A stretch of 64,000 nt of DNA from Phyllobates terribilis (lineage: Eukaryota): assembly GCF_046119375.1 (NCBI RefSeq), contig NW_027362767.1, positions 378,758,001-378,822,000 on the forward strand. Direction: 5' to 3'. This document shows, piece after piece, positions 13,271 through 26,400 of this stretch. The notes under the pieces were generated by a model. That model saw only the letters and a program-made list of their open reading frames with translations, was not told the DNA's origin and did no database searches. Every line of letters starts with the position of its first letter. Within the stretch, counting starts at the first letter, position 1. The position numbers and the translations under genes are program-made.

Positions 13271-13670
13271 AGGTTCACTCACACTTGCGTATAAATCGGA
13301 CTAGTGCAATCAGATAAAAAAAATCGGATTGCTCTTGGACCAATGTTATTCAATGAGGGAATGCAGATCGTATTTTTTCTCAGCTGTATCCAGCATGAGA
13401 AAAAAATTGCAGCATGCTGTGATTTCACTCCAAAATCAGATGGGAGCGAGAAAAAAAAAAATCGCTGGTCAGTAAAGCATCCAATTTTTACTGATAAATT
13501 ACAATTCTGTGGCATAGGAAACTGTAAATGGTCCTGTAAAAGATTAATAACTGCTGGGAAAAAAAATTGGATTACACATGGACTGCACACAGATGTCAAA
13601 TGAGAAAAAATAGTCATACTCTCCTGGATGAGAATAAACCAAATATTTATATGCAAGTGTGAGTGAGCCC
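13271..13670. mobile_element. Harbinger-type MITE
   Basis: TIR aggttcactcacacttgc...gcaagtgtgagtgagccc; flanks TGA/TTA. Confidence 0.7.
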
Positions 13671-14353
13671 TTAAACTCACCTATTTCCAGCAGTGCAACA
13701 GAAAATCAGTGGAGTGGAGGCCAAGTATGAGCACCTGCGATCCATTCAAGATAACGCTTCAGATCCTTGTTCTCGAGGTCCTTGGGGGTACAACCACTGG
13801 CATAGGGGATAATTGATTTCTTTTTTAATAAGTGAACATTTATTGATTGTGACTAATAGATTACATCCAAACTGACTTTAATGTGTATGTTCAGTATCCT
13901 GTCATGTTTGTTTTAGTAAGAACTACGCTGTTCCTTTACTAATCTTACTGGAAATGTGTAACTAAGTTGTCAACTGGACATTCCCTTATCTATAGTGTGT
14001 CAATACACAAGGCTCATTAAGACATCAATGATTTTTCTCGTACAAGAAAATCAGTCCATGTTTCACCAGAGTTTTTCTATCAGATTTTCACCAGTGTTTG
14101 ATCAGTGTCACTTTTAACCATCAGTGTTTGGTCCGAGATTCATCGGTTTTTCTTGAATCTAAGGGATAAGGTTTCTCCTTGTGGGAATGACATGCCACAT
14201 CTGGCATGCCAGTATGAGGAGACTTAAATGCCTTGCATGCTCCTCTTGGAAATTCTAGGCGTACCAGATGTGGCATGTCACTCTCCACAAGAAAAAACCT
14301 TACCCCTTAGATCCCAGTCTTAGTCTCTCACCTAGCCAAATCAGATCTCATAC

Positions 14354-14396
14354 TTTGCACTGATGAGGGACAATATCCAGAAACACTGTCTACAAA
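14354..14396 (+). ncRNA. Degenerate minimal hammerhead ribozyme motif
   Basis: tttgca-CTGATGA-ggga caata tcca-GAAAC-act-GTC-tacaaa. Core intact, mismatches in helices I and II, helix III shortened. Confidence 0.65.
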
Positions 14397-14466
14397 CTGA
14401 GATACTGATTTGGCTATTATCCTAAGTCATATTGCAAGGTTCGTTAAAGGGTCGATAATGACTTGT

Positions 14467-15025
14467 TGTCACGGGTGTGTCAGAAGTGACAGACAGTCGC
14501 CCTGCAGTTGGTTTCAGGAGATCTCTACGTCTGGCATTACAGACATCTTCTTAGAGGCTGTCCCTAGGACCTAGTGGCTACCTTCCTCTGGCTAATTAAC
14601 TGCCTGGTCTGGGTGTATAAATAGCTGCTGAGTACAGAGGGACGTGCCGGTGATATTCGTTACTCCCTGTGAGACTTCAGCAAGAGCAGTGCTTCCTCCT
14701 CTCTGGTGTTTGAGGACGTGTGCGCATTTGTCTGGTGTTGTCTAAAAGCTAAGCAATCCCCCCTGTTTGTCCTTCCTTTTTGTCTTTAGAGTTCAGTGGA
14801 GATCGACTAGTGCTCATCTCCTCCCTTCCCTAGCTTGAGTCTTATGCCAGGGACAGACAGGGCGAGGAACTCGTGCAGCGATTGGTTAAGAGACAATATA
14901 GGGTCGATATTTGAGACAAGGTGACACTAGACCAGACTAGGAGGTCTTCACTCCCTCCTTTCCCTAGAGTCTGGGCTCCCTTTCCCTCTTCCCTCTGTGT
15001 TGTCTTTTCCACACCTTGCGTGACA
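14467..15025 (+). mobile_element. Solo LTR (559 bp)
   Basis: TGTCACG...CGTGACA termini, perfect 5-bp TSD cttgt, TATAAATA at 14616-14623. Confidence 0.88.
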
Positions 15026-15676
15026 CTTGTAGGATCTCTGCTTCCAACACGTGGCACTATAGAGTTCTTGTCCTCTTCCTCTTTGAAGAGACAATTTGCA
15101 TAATCAGTTTTTCTTTGATTGGAAACAAATAAAAAAAGTTTCTCTATCTTTTCCTATCTAGCAATCTGTGAAAAACATACAGCGCTCAAATGGCATCCGA
15201 GGGCTGTACAAATTTTTTCATGGACCCATATATTTGCATTGCTGATTTTGATTTGACACTAGAATGAATATCGAACATGTCTTTGCAATTGTGCGTGGTT
15301 CTCCCCTCCCCTGGTCCGCAAAAATCAAAGACATGTGAATGACCCCATTCACTGTAATCGGAACGAGTGCTATCCATGAAAAATACGGATAGAAAAACTG
15401 ACATCTGAATGAGCCCTTCCAATATGAGCATTGATTACACAGTGTAGAGCACCTAATGGAAATGCAAACTCCTATCTGTCTAGTTCTTTATACATTTCCA
15501 GGAGAACTAATAGAGGAAAAGAGGTCTAATAAAAGCTCCAAAAATTATCCAAACATCTTTTATTTATTTATTTATTTTTTTAATGGAGTACACAAATATT
15601 TACTAAATCTGGCATGAAGAGGAAGAGACTGATACTTGTGTGGTGTGTTACTATACATCTATACAAATAATATATA

Positions 15677-17257
15677 CACTGCTCACAAAAATAAAGGGAA
15701 CACTGAAATAACACATCCTAGATCTGAATGAATGAAATATTCTCATTGAATATTTTGTTCTGTACAAAGTTGAATGTGCTCACAACAAAATCACACAAAA
15801 ATCATCAATGGAAATCAAATTTATTAACCAATGGAGGCCTGGATTTGGAGTCACCCCCAAAATTAAAGTGGAGAAACACACTACAGGCTGATCCAACTTT
15901 GATGTAATGTCCTTAAAACAAGTCAAATTGAGGCTCAGTATTGTGTGTGGCCTCCACGTGCCTGTATGACCTCCCTACAATGCCTGGGCATGCTCCTGAT
16001 GAGGTTGCAGATGGTCTCCTGTGAGATCTCCTCCCAGACCTGGACTAAAGCATCCGCCAACTCCTGGACAGTCTGTGGTGCAACGTGACCTTGGTGGATG
16101 GAGCGAGACATGATGTCCCAGATGTGCTCAGTCGGATTCTGGTCTGGGGAACGGGCGGGCCAGTCCATAGCTTCAATGCCTTCATCTTTCAGGAACTGCT
16201 GACACACTCCAGCCACATGAGGTCTGGCATTGTCCTGCATTAGGAGGAACCCAGGGCCAACCGCACCAGCATATGGTCTCACAAGGGGTCTGAGGATCTC
16301 ATCTCGGTACCTAATGGCAGTCCGACTACCTCTGGCGAGCACATGGCGGGCTGTGCGGCCCTCCAAAGAAATGCCACCCCACACCATTACTGACCTACTG
16401 CCAAACCGGTCATGCTAAAGGATGTTGCAGGCAGCAGATCACTCTCCACGGCGTCTCCAGACTCTGTCACGTCTGTCACATGTGCTCAGTGTGAACCTGC
16501 TTTCATCTGTGAAGAGCACAGGGCGCCAGTGGCGACTTTGCCAATCCTGGTGTTCTGTGGCAAATGCCAAGCGTCCTGCACGGTGTTGGGCTGTGAGCAC
16601 AACCCCCATCTGTGGACGTCGGGCCCTCATACCACCCTCATGGAGTCGGTTTCTAACCTTTTGTACAGACACATGCACATTTGTGGCCTGCTGGAGGTCA
16701 TTTTGCAGGGCTCTGGCAGTGCTCCTCCTGATCCTCCTTGCACAAAGGTGGAGGTAGCGGTCCTGCTGCAGAGTTGTTGCCCTCCTACGACCCCCTCCAT
16801 GTCTCCTGGTGTACTGGCCTGTCTCCTGGTAGCGCCTCCAGCCTCTGGACACTACGCTGACAGACACAGCAAACCTTCCTGCCACAGTTCGCATTGATGT
16901 GCCATCCTGGATGAGCTGCACTACCTGAGGAACTTCTGTGGGTTGTAGAGTCCGTCTCATGCTACCACGAGTGTGAAAGCACAACCAACATTCAAAAGTG
17001 ACCAAAACATCAGCCAGAAAGCATTGGTACTGAGGTGTGGTCTGTGGTCCCCACCTGCTGAACCACTCCTTTATTGAGGGTGTCTTGATAATTGCCAATA
17101 ATTTCCATCTATTGTCTATTCCATTTGCACAACAGCATGTGAAATTGATTGTCAATCAGTGTTGCTTCCTAAGTGGACAGTTTGATTTCACAGAAGTTTG
17201 ATTTACTTAGAGTTATAGTCTGTTGTTTAAGTGTTCCCTTTATTTTTTTGAGCAGTG
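15677..17257 (-). mobile_element. Tc1 transposon, DD34E, full length
   Basis: TA TSDs; TIR cactgctcacaaaaataaagggaacact...agtgttccctttatttttttgagcagtg. Confidence 0.95.
15935..16960 (-). pseudogene. Tc1 DD34E transposase with two in-frame nonsense codons
   Basis: MRRTLQPTE...VLFTDESRF...RRRGE*SAACNIL*HDRF...MQDNARPH...WPARSPDQNPTEH; D to E spacing 34. Confidence 0.92.
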
Positions 17258-17468
17258 TATAAATATAACATTATGTGTATATATTACACATTTTATCTAA
17301 GTTAATAAACAAATATGAATAATACAAGGGAGGAGCACAGAGGGGAAGACGTCCGACTGCCAAGGACTTTGGTCCTAATGTGACTGAGAGTTCATGTTCA
17401 GAAGTATTTCCTCTTTTTTCTGCAGGTGTAAGGATCTCCGGAGAAGTCGCTCATTGTGAAGTGATGAC

Positions 17469-17481
17469 ATGGTGTGTCCTG
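17469..17481 (+). CDS. NKPD1: NKPD1-like probable first coding segment (exon 17426..17481; MVCP+G)
   Basis: Acceptor ctcttttttctgcag, Kozak-like gacATGg, in-frame upstream TGA, donor G|GTAAGG in phase 1 matching the next exon. Confidence 0.6.
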
Positions 17482-20400
17482 GTAAGGAGACGTTTCATCC
17501 CTTTAATACTCATTTTTTTCTACTGCATTATTCATTATTCTGATACCCCCCCCACCCATTGCACAATACTCGCCCACACCAACCCTATTAATTCCTACAT
17601 AGTGTTAATATTCTGCAGCCATTAAATACATGTTATCTTATCGGCTGTATATTACCCCTCCGCTTATCTCCGCTCCCTTAATCATTACATACACACACAC
17701 CTAGTTTTCCATATAAATCCATGGATGATGCCATTACTTTTCTAACATTCTTTAACCTCTTCCTAACAGGAATTTTGTTCTCTTTTGACACTTTCATTAT
17801 TTCCTCCCCTTCTTCCAAGAGCCAGGCTCGTATATTTTTGAGCGGACGTGGCCATATGTGGGTTTATTTTTTAAAGGACAATTTGTAGTTTTGAATGACT
17901 TCTTTCACGTCACCATGTCATGTACTAAAAAACAGAAAAAGAATTCCAAGTGATGTGAAATGGTGAAAAAAAAATGCAATTCCGCCATTGTTTCTAGTTT
18001 TTACAGCATTCATTAGAATTCTTTAGGTTAATAATAAAAAAATGTATTGTCATTTTCTGAGCTCTGTAACTTTTTAATTTTCCAATTGATAAACCTGTAT
18101 GAGGGTTTATTTGTGGTGTGGCAAGCTGATGTACACTGTGTGCAGAATTATTAGGCAAGTTGTATTTTAGAGGATTATTTTTATTATTGATCAACAACTA
18201 TGTTCTCAATCAACCGAAAAGACTCATAAATATCAAAGCTTAATATTTTTGGAAGTTGGAGTGTTTTTTTTTTTTAGATTTGGCTATCTTAGGAGGATAT
18301 CTGTTTGTGCAGGTAACTATTACTGTGCCGAATTATTAGGCAACTTAATAAAAACCAAATATAATCCCATCTCACTTGTTTATTTTCACCAAGTAAACCA
18401 ATATCAGTGCACAAAATTTAGAAATAAACATTTCTGACATGCAAAAACAAAAAAAATTAGTGATCAGTATAGCCACCTTTCTTTATGACACTCAACAGCC
18501 TTCCATCCATAGATTCTGTCAGTTTCTTGATCTGTCTTCGATCAACATTGCGTGCAGCAGCCACCACAGCCTCCCAGACACTGCTCTGAGAGGTGTACTG
18601 TTTTCCCTCCCTGTAGATCTCACATTTTATGATGGACCACAGGTTCTCTATGGGGTTCAGATCAGGTGAACAAGGGGGCCATGTCATTATTTTTTCTTCT
18701 TTTAGACCTTTACTGGCCAGCCACGCTGTGGAGTAGTTGGATGCATGTGATGGAGCATTGTCCTGCATGAAAATCATGTTTTTCTTGAACGATATCGACT
18801 TCTTCCTGTACCACTGCTTGAAGAAGTTGTCTTCCAGAAACTGGCAGTAGGTCTGGGAGTTGCGCTTCACTCCATCCTCAACCCGAAAAGGTCCCACAAG
18901 TTCATCTTTGATGATACCAGCCCATACCAGTACCCCACCTCCACCTTGCTGGCGTCTGAGTCGGAGTGGAGCTCTCTGCCCCTTACTGATCCAGCCTCTG
19001 ACCCATCCATCTGGCCCATCAAGAGTCACTCTCATTTCATCAGTCCATAAAACCTTTGAAAAATCAGTCTTAAGATATTTCTTGGCCCATTCTTGACGTT
19101 TTATCTTATGTTTCTTGTTCAAAGGTGGTCGTTTTTCAGCCTTCCTTACCTTGGCCATGTCCCTGAGTATCGCACACCTTGTGCTTTTTGATACTCCAGT
19201 AACGTTGCAGCTCTGAAATATGGCAAAACTGGTGTCGAATGGCATCTTGGCAGCTTCACGCTTGATTTTCCTCAATTCATGGGCAGTTATTTTGCGCCTT
19301 TTTTGGCCAACACGCTTCTTGCGACCCTGTTGGCTATTTGCCATGAAACGCTTGATTGTTCGGTGATCACGCTTCAAAACTTTGGAAATTTCAAGACTGC
19401 TGCATCCCTCTGCAAGACATCTCACAATTTTGGACTTTTCAGAACCCGTCAAATCTCTCTTCTGACCCATTTTGCCAAAGGAAAGGAAGTTGCCTAATAA
19501 TTAAGCACACCTTATATAGAGTGTTGATGTCATTAGTCAACACCCCTCCTCATTACAGAGATGCACATCACCAGATTTACTTAATTGGTAGTTGGCTCTC
19601 AAGGCTATGCTGCTTGGAGTAGGACAACATGTAGAAAAAGTATTGAAGTGATCAAAATACGCATCTGCCTAATAATTCTGCACGCGGTGTATGTATTGCT
19701 ACCATGTTTCCATTCAATACGATGTTTTGATCACTCTGTAATACATTTTTTTGGGGGGGTATGGAAATAATAAAAACTGAAAAGCCAGAATTAATTTATC
19801 ACTGCGTTTACTGTATGGGTTAATTAATTTTTAGATTTCGTAGATTGAACTTTTATGGCAATACTAATTATGTTTTTTTTTATTTTATATTTTTGAACTG
19901 AGAAATGAACAGTGATTTATTTAAACTTTCGTATTCTTTTATTTTTAAGAACATTTTTTTGTTTTACTTTATTTTTTGCGTTGAGATTTGAATCTTGAAT
20001 TTGACAACACAATATTGGTCCAAGTGTGATCCGACAAAACATCAGATCGCACTGGGAAAAATGTTAATCTATGGGGCCACGCACATGTCCATTTTTTTTT
20101 CCTCAGACTGAGCCGATCTGAGGATAAAATTGTAGTATGTCTAAGTTTGATCTGATATTCGGATCACACTCGGCAATGCAAGTCAATGAATCTGTGGAAA
20201 CCATCGGACTGCACTCGGATGACATTTTCGCGCACTGACACAATGGAGAAGATGGAGAAATTTTGTTCTCCATCTTCTCCTCAGTGTGTTCTGACTGTCT
20301 CATCCAAGAAAATCAGATCACACTATGCTGACACTCTGATCTTAGTGTTATTGGCATAATTGACCCAATTCTCTCAGATGTGAGAATCTATAGTCGTGTG

Positions 20401-23400
20401 ACTCTGGCCTTAATGTATATAGGGACACTACCCAAGTGGTAACACCCAGTTGTCAATTTATTTATATTTATTGTAGAAGAAAAAAGCAGGGCAATGGTAC
20501 AACATAGAGGAGATGGGAAGGAGTGTATCAAGAAAGTTCTCTTATCTTCTCTGCGGTGGCTCCAATCTCCATACTGTCGCTGTTTTGAGGACCCATATGA
20601 CTGTGATGTCATTGGTCCTTCACCTGTTCTGGTCATGAAGGCAGGCATTTTGCAGGGCCAGCTGCATTTTTTTTTACAAATATGGCGCCCCCTGCTGTCA
20701 GGAAAGATTGTTGACTGAGGTGTAGTGCACCTCTCCTCGTGAATGATGCACCCTGGCTTATGAATGACATAGAGGAGGATCTCAGTTCATGGAACCTCCT
20801 CTATGAGCCATTGTGGGTAGCCGTTAAAGGGAATCTGTCACCAGAAAGCAGCCAATCAGTGGTGTGGGCGGAGTTATACAGAGCTCACCAATCAGAGAAC
20901 TGCTAGAGAAAACAGTGATTTTTATCAAAACCGCAGCAAACAGCCCAGTAAGTGACACATCATTGGGATCAGGGTCTCTGCCCCTATTTCATGTTGCTTT
21001 CAGAAGGAGTAGCAAAAACTTGGTGACAGATTCCCTTTAAGAATGGGCTGTTCGCATCTTGCAAGACCCAAATGTCCATATATTACACATTCAGGCATGT
21101 ATTACTACAGCTCACTAGGACGGATGTCAGAGAAGGCATTGTCTTATGGATATTTACTGTAAAAAAGGTCAGTATCGTCAGACCTGTACTCCTCCGGCAA
21201 ACACTAAGGCCTCATGCACACCGCCGTATCATGGGTTTGTATTATCTGGGTGGGCTCCTTTGCGTGGCACTGCCCTGTGCATTGGCACCAAGTGATAGTC
21301 TTTCTTGCTTTCATCCTTAAGGTTTTGAGACCAAAGATGACGTCTACTGTTACTCGCTGGCGAAAGCTTTGTATTATGTTGTATCCCCTGTGACGGTCGG
21401 GTTTTATGCTCCGTGGGGCAGACGCAAAGATTTCCTTCTCAACAAGGTCGAATGTGAGTAAATAGTTATAAGCCGATTCCTATCAATTTGCCATAAAATT
21501 GTTCTCTTAGGACATAATAATGGAAGAAGTCATTTCAATGTACAATCATGCAGCTATATTCGGACAATAAGACAGATTTGTACCACCATAAGGCTGCGGA
21601 CCCCCAGTAGATGTCTAATTCACCCCTTCTACAATATATCATTATAATTTGTATGATAGGGGGTGTCTGGTGCCTCCATCCTCCTCCGCTTCTGACATCA
21701 GGTGTCGAGAGCTGCTGCTATATGAGGGGGCGGGGCAATTTCCATGGCAACCATCTGGTTTCCTCGGCAACTGTCCCGCCCTTATACTGCAGCAGCTCTC
21801 CCCACCGGATGTGAGAACAGAGGCGCCAGCTAACCCTTGCAATCTAAATGCTTGATGAAGAAGATCAGACCCTTCTAGCTGTTATAACTACCTCTACATT
21901 ACTGGTAGATCTATGGCTTTTATCTGTACTTTATTTTTTCTTTTATTTAATTTACCAAGAAAATGCATTAAAATTAGACATAACATAAGTAAAAACCCCA
22001 ACTAATCTGATCCAACGCCAGCCAGAGTTGTAGCCATTGATAGAATTTGTCACAAACATAAAGATCAATCCAACCTGAGGTGTCACATTTCTAAAAAACA
22101 CATTTTATAAAAAAAAAAGTCTCTTAAAGGCCACTTTATGGCCCAAATGGTCTTCAAATTCATCTCCGGATATCATCCCTCCCAAAATGCTACGAGGTAG
22201 ACCATGATTTACTCTTTATTAATAAAGACATTAAGGCTGTGTGCCCACGATGCGTTTTTTAAGCGTTTTTGCAGCAGCAAAAACACTGCAGAAACGCTTA
22301 AAAAACGCTTGATAGAAGGTCTGCCATGTTCCCCAATGATAATCCGCATGTGCTGTGCACATGCTGCGGAAATTTCCGCTGCGAATTATCATTGCAGAAA
22401 AAAACGCAGCACTACCAATTATTTTGCGGAAGCGCTGCTTTTTCGCCGCCATTGACTTGCATGGAATCCGCATCACTGCATCTGTACATGCGGAATCCAA
22501 ACGTTTCAATGTGCGGATGGTGCCCGGGTCTGGAGAAGAGGAGACTCCTCCGGACCCGGGTCCATAGTACCTGTAAAAAAGGATAAAATAAAAAATAAAT
22601 ATTATACTTACCTTCTGATGGTCCCCGGTGCGCTTGTCTTCGCTTGCCAGCAGATCGCGGTGGACTGAAGGACCTGCGCTGATGTCCACCGCGATCTGCT
22701 GGCAAGCGAAGACAAGCGCACCGGGGACTATCAGAAGGTAGGTATAGTATTTATTTTTTATTTTATCCTTTTTTACAGGTACTATGGACCCGGGTCCGGA
22801 GGAGTCTCCTCTTCTCCAGACCCGGGCACCATCCGCACATTGAAACGTTTGGATTCCGCATGTACAGATGCAGTGATGCGGATTCCATGCAAGTCAATGG
22901 CGGCGAAAACGCAGCACTTCCGCAAAATAATTGGTAGTGCTGCGTTTTTTTCCGCAATGATAATTCGCAGCGGAAATTTCCGCAGCATGTGCACAGCACA
23001 TGCGGATTATCATTGGGGAACATGGCAGGCCTTCTACCATGTGTTTTTTAAGCGTTTCTGCAGCGTTTTTGCCGCTGCGGAAACGCTTAAAAAACGCATC
23101 GTGGGCACACAGCCTAAATGTTCATTTTTCAAAATAAAAAAGTAATTGACCCAAATAGTAAATAAAAGATTGAGGAAAAAATAAAAAAATGCCAGAATTG
23201 TATTTTTTTTCTCTAAAAAAAATTCAATAAAAAGCGATTAGAATGTTATATGCATCCCCCAAAAATTAAAAATATAAATGTAAAAAGTTAAAAAGTTAAG
23301 GGTCTAAGAAAATGGCGACACAAAACATTTTTTTTTTTTTTTTTTTTTTTTTTTAGTTTTCCATTTTTTTTAATCCCCCCCCCCAAAAAAATGATAAATG

Positions 23401-26400
23401 TTTGATTGATTTGTAATCATACTGACCAGGAAAATAATATTTCTGCACAATAAACACTGCACAATGAACACCATAGAGGTAAACCTCCCAAACACCGACA
23501 CCTGTATTTCGATATTGGCACCGTACAAATGAATATGGTGAACAGACACTGGTGGTGACATCATATTTTACATCTAAATTTCCTATAAATGTAGAAATTA
23601 ATTTTCCGCTGTGATTGCAGCATACCTCTGTCTCGAAGCATGGAAGAAAGAGAAAGAAGAAGTGGAGAGGACTGGACAACGGACAAGAAAATGCAAAGGA
23701 AAAGATCTCATCAAACTCATCTTTCTTATGATATTTTACCATCCGGTGATCACAGAAAAACACAAGCACAGAGAGAATATACGTTACTGCTTTATCCGCT
23801 TTAGTGCATGGGAATTTGCCGGCAGTGACCAACTTTGGGCTGGACTGGTTACCACACTCTGTGATGGTATTGAAAACTGCTTTGGACTTGCACCTATTAG
23901 TATCTATCGAGCGGTAGGCAGAAAAACCCAAATTATAGATGGTCCAATCAAGCACGAATGGGTTAGTAAGAAGTTCCTCTGTATCCCGCTTTGGGTTGCC
24001 ACTTTGCTGGTGATCTTCATTGCAATCACAGTGGGTGCCCTCATCCTGATATTTGGCTTTCCATTCGGTGACCCCGCCGGAGATATGTTGGCTGCCGCTG
24101 AAGGTGTTGGGGCAACCGTAGTTGGCCTGTCGGCGGCAGGAGCGATCAGAGTAGCGATTGTGGTGATCAGAAATGCCGTTGTGACTCAGAAAGGTAAAGT
24201 GGAACAAAAAATGAATCGAACCGATATGAGCTCCCAGTTGGGTTTCATGAGCGATGTGAAAAGGGAGGTTAAAATCATCACCCGTTACCTTCAACTCATG
24301 GAAATCTTCCAAAGACAAAAAATTAAAGTTGTACTTGAGATCACCAACTTGGACAGATGCATGCCAGACAAAGTGATAGGGGTCCTCAATGCCATGAATA
24401 TCCTTCTGTCTGATCCAAATGCCCCATTTATTTCCATTTTGGCCGTGGATCCTCATATCATCATAGATTGTGTTGAAAGCTCTCAGGTCTTGAAAGGAAT
24501 GGCCAACAACGGCTACCAGATCTTAAACCGCATAATCACGTTACCTTTTTGTATCCCAAAAATGGACTGTGACACTAAATTATCTATACTGAAAAATATT
24601 GTTGAAGGCAAAGGTGAGCTTGTTAGAGATACAGAAGAAGGTACCACATTGGAGAATGAGGCTTCAAATGAGAAAGACTACCTGATATACCAACAAACTG
24701 TCCCCAACACTGACCATAATACCAGTGATGACCCACTGACGGTAAGAAGCTCAAATGACGAGCACAACAGCTGTTTCCAAGAAAAAGGGCCAACGACAAA
24801 AAATCTAATAGACGAAGCCTTTGATTATCTTTTTGACGAGAGCATGAGGGACTATATCACTGACAACGTTGTTCATATCAGAAGGGTTGTAAATACTATT
24901 ACCATAACCATCAGACTGATGATCAGGGAAGTACCAAAAAGCCAAATACAACCTCGAAAAGTGACAGAATGGGTCCTCCTGGCTACCCAATGGCCGTGTC
25001 GTCTCAGCTGGATATTGCAGTGCATTGAGGACGAGCAACAGAGGAGATGCCTGAATGAACAAGAACCCAACAGTGAATATACTACATACTCCAGAACTTT
25101 CCTTTGGGATGTTTTTGAGAAGTCTTTGGAAGAGTTGGATGCTATGAAGGCTAGTCTAAATCGACTACTGGAGTTGGATGGAGATCCTGAGATCTTCCAC
25201 AATCTCTTATATGAGAACTTTACTGTGAAAGATGCCAACTTTTTCGTGCCATTCACTGTGAATTTAGATGTTTCTATTAAAAGACAAATGGAGCTTCTAA
25301 GAGGCAGTAACAATATGTGGGAATTAAAGAAAAGCAACCGGGTGACTATGCTGTCATTGCTGAACATGAGTGTGGAAGAGGTGTGCAAAGAGGTAAGTGT
25401 GGAGTTGTGTGTCAGTTACTTATTATTTGATATTAAAGGGGTTGTACGGGATTTGAAAAAAAAAAAAAACATGGCTGTTTTTTTTCTCCAAAAACAGAGC
25501 CACAATGGTGTACAGGTTGTGTATTGCAACTGTATCCTGTCTACTGTATTGGGAGAAAAAATTAGCCATGTTTTCAAGTTAAATCTTGAATATATTTCAT
25601 AGGAACTCCTCCTGCCATTCAATCCTCAAAAAAGTTTAGTGAGCTGGTCAGGCATTCCATGTTCTAGTGAGAGGTGCTGACGTTTTTGCCTACCACCATG
25701 CAACCTACCATTAAAAGGGTTTTCCTGGACTTTAATATTGTTAACATATCCATAGGCTAAGACAGACCTGGGCAAAGTGCAGCCCACAGGCCACATCCGG
25801 CCCCCTGGCTGTTCCAGTCCGGCTCGAGGACAGAGACAGCTGAAGGGCTGAAACTGTAGCCCACAGGCCGCACTGTGCCCTCCCCTGCCATCCGTCACCA
25901 CTTGCTGTCACAAGTATGTGGGGAACATGCTGTATATCAAAGGCTATGTAGGGCACATGCTGTACATGGGAGGCTATGTGAGGGCTCATACTGTATACAG
26001 GAGGCTATGTGGAGGCTCATACTGTATATAGGGGGGCTGTGTGCGGGCTCATACGGTATATAGGGGGATGCCAGCATATACTTAATTCTGCTCAATATTA
26101 AGTCATACAATTAATATTAATCTAAAATAATTATAATAATTAATATGGCAACATTCATATTGAGCAGAATTGATTTTAGCCTATTGGTATGGCCCTCCAC
26201 AACAGTCACGGTCTCTCATGTGGCCCCTCGGGAAAATTAAATGCCCACCCCTGGGCTAGGACATTAATGCCAGATCAGTGGGGATCAAGCTCCTAGCACC
26301 CACAACCTGATTGAAAAAGCCGTTGGGCACCCACAGAGTACTGTTCCGTACATTGTGTAGTGGCCATGACTGGTATTGCAAGCTTTTTTCTCATTCAATC

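Larger units (their letters stand above)
14155..15082 (+). mobile_element. Penelope/retrozyme-like repeat copy 2 (about 360 bp net), split by a solo LTR
   Basis: Hairpin at 14157-14312, hammerhead at 14354-14396. The sequence resumes after the LTR (aggatctctgcttcc...tcctcttcctct) colinear with copy 1. Confidence 0.7.
14010..15416. mobile_element. Harbinger-type non-autonomous element interrupted by a retrozyme-like repeat and a solo LTR
   Basis: Left aggctcattaagacatc and right gacatctgaatgagccc are CpG-decayed inverted copies. Internal catcagtgtttggtc motifs at about 14085-14132. Confidence 0.5.

Noticed and set aside
20477-20610. Possible extra NKPD1-like exon (MVQHRGDG...)
   Set aside because: Only a weak GTGATG donor and no similarity to known NKPD1 sequence.
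22204-23145. Paired identical ORFs on opposite strands
   Set aside because: Mirror products of the foldback element.
23353-24456. 367-aa minus-strand ORF
   Set aside because: Antisense shadow of the NKPD1-like exon; no recognisable motifs and it ends in a poly-T/poly-C intron tract.
23611-25602. ORF-track boundaries of the 663-aa protein
   Set aside because: The start is intronic and the tail after 25392 reads into the intron past a GTAAGT donor; the spliced model replaces it.
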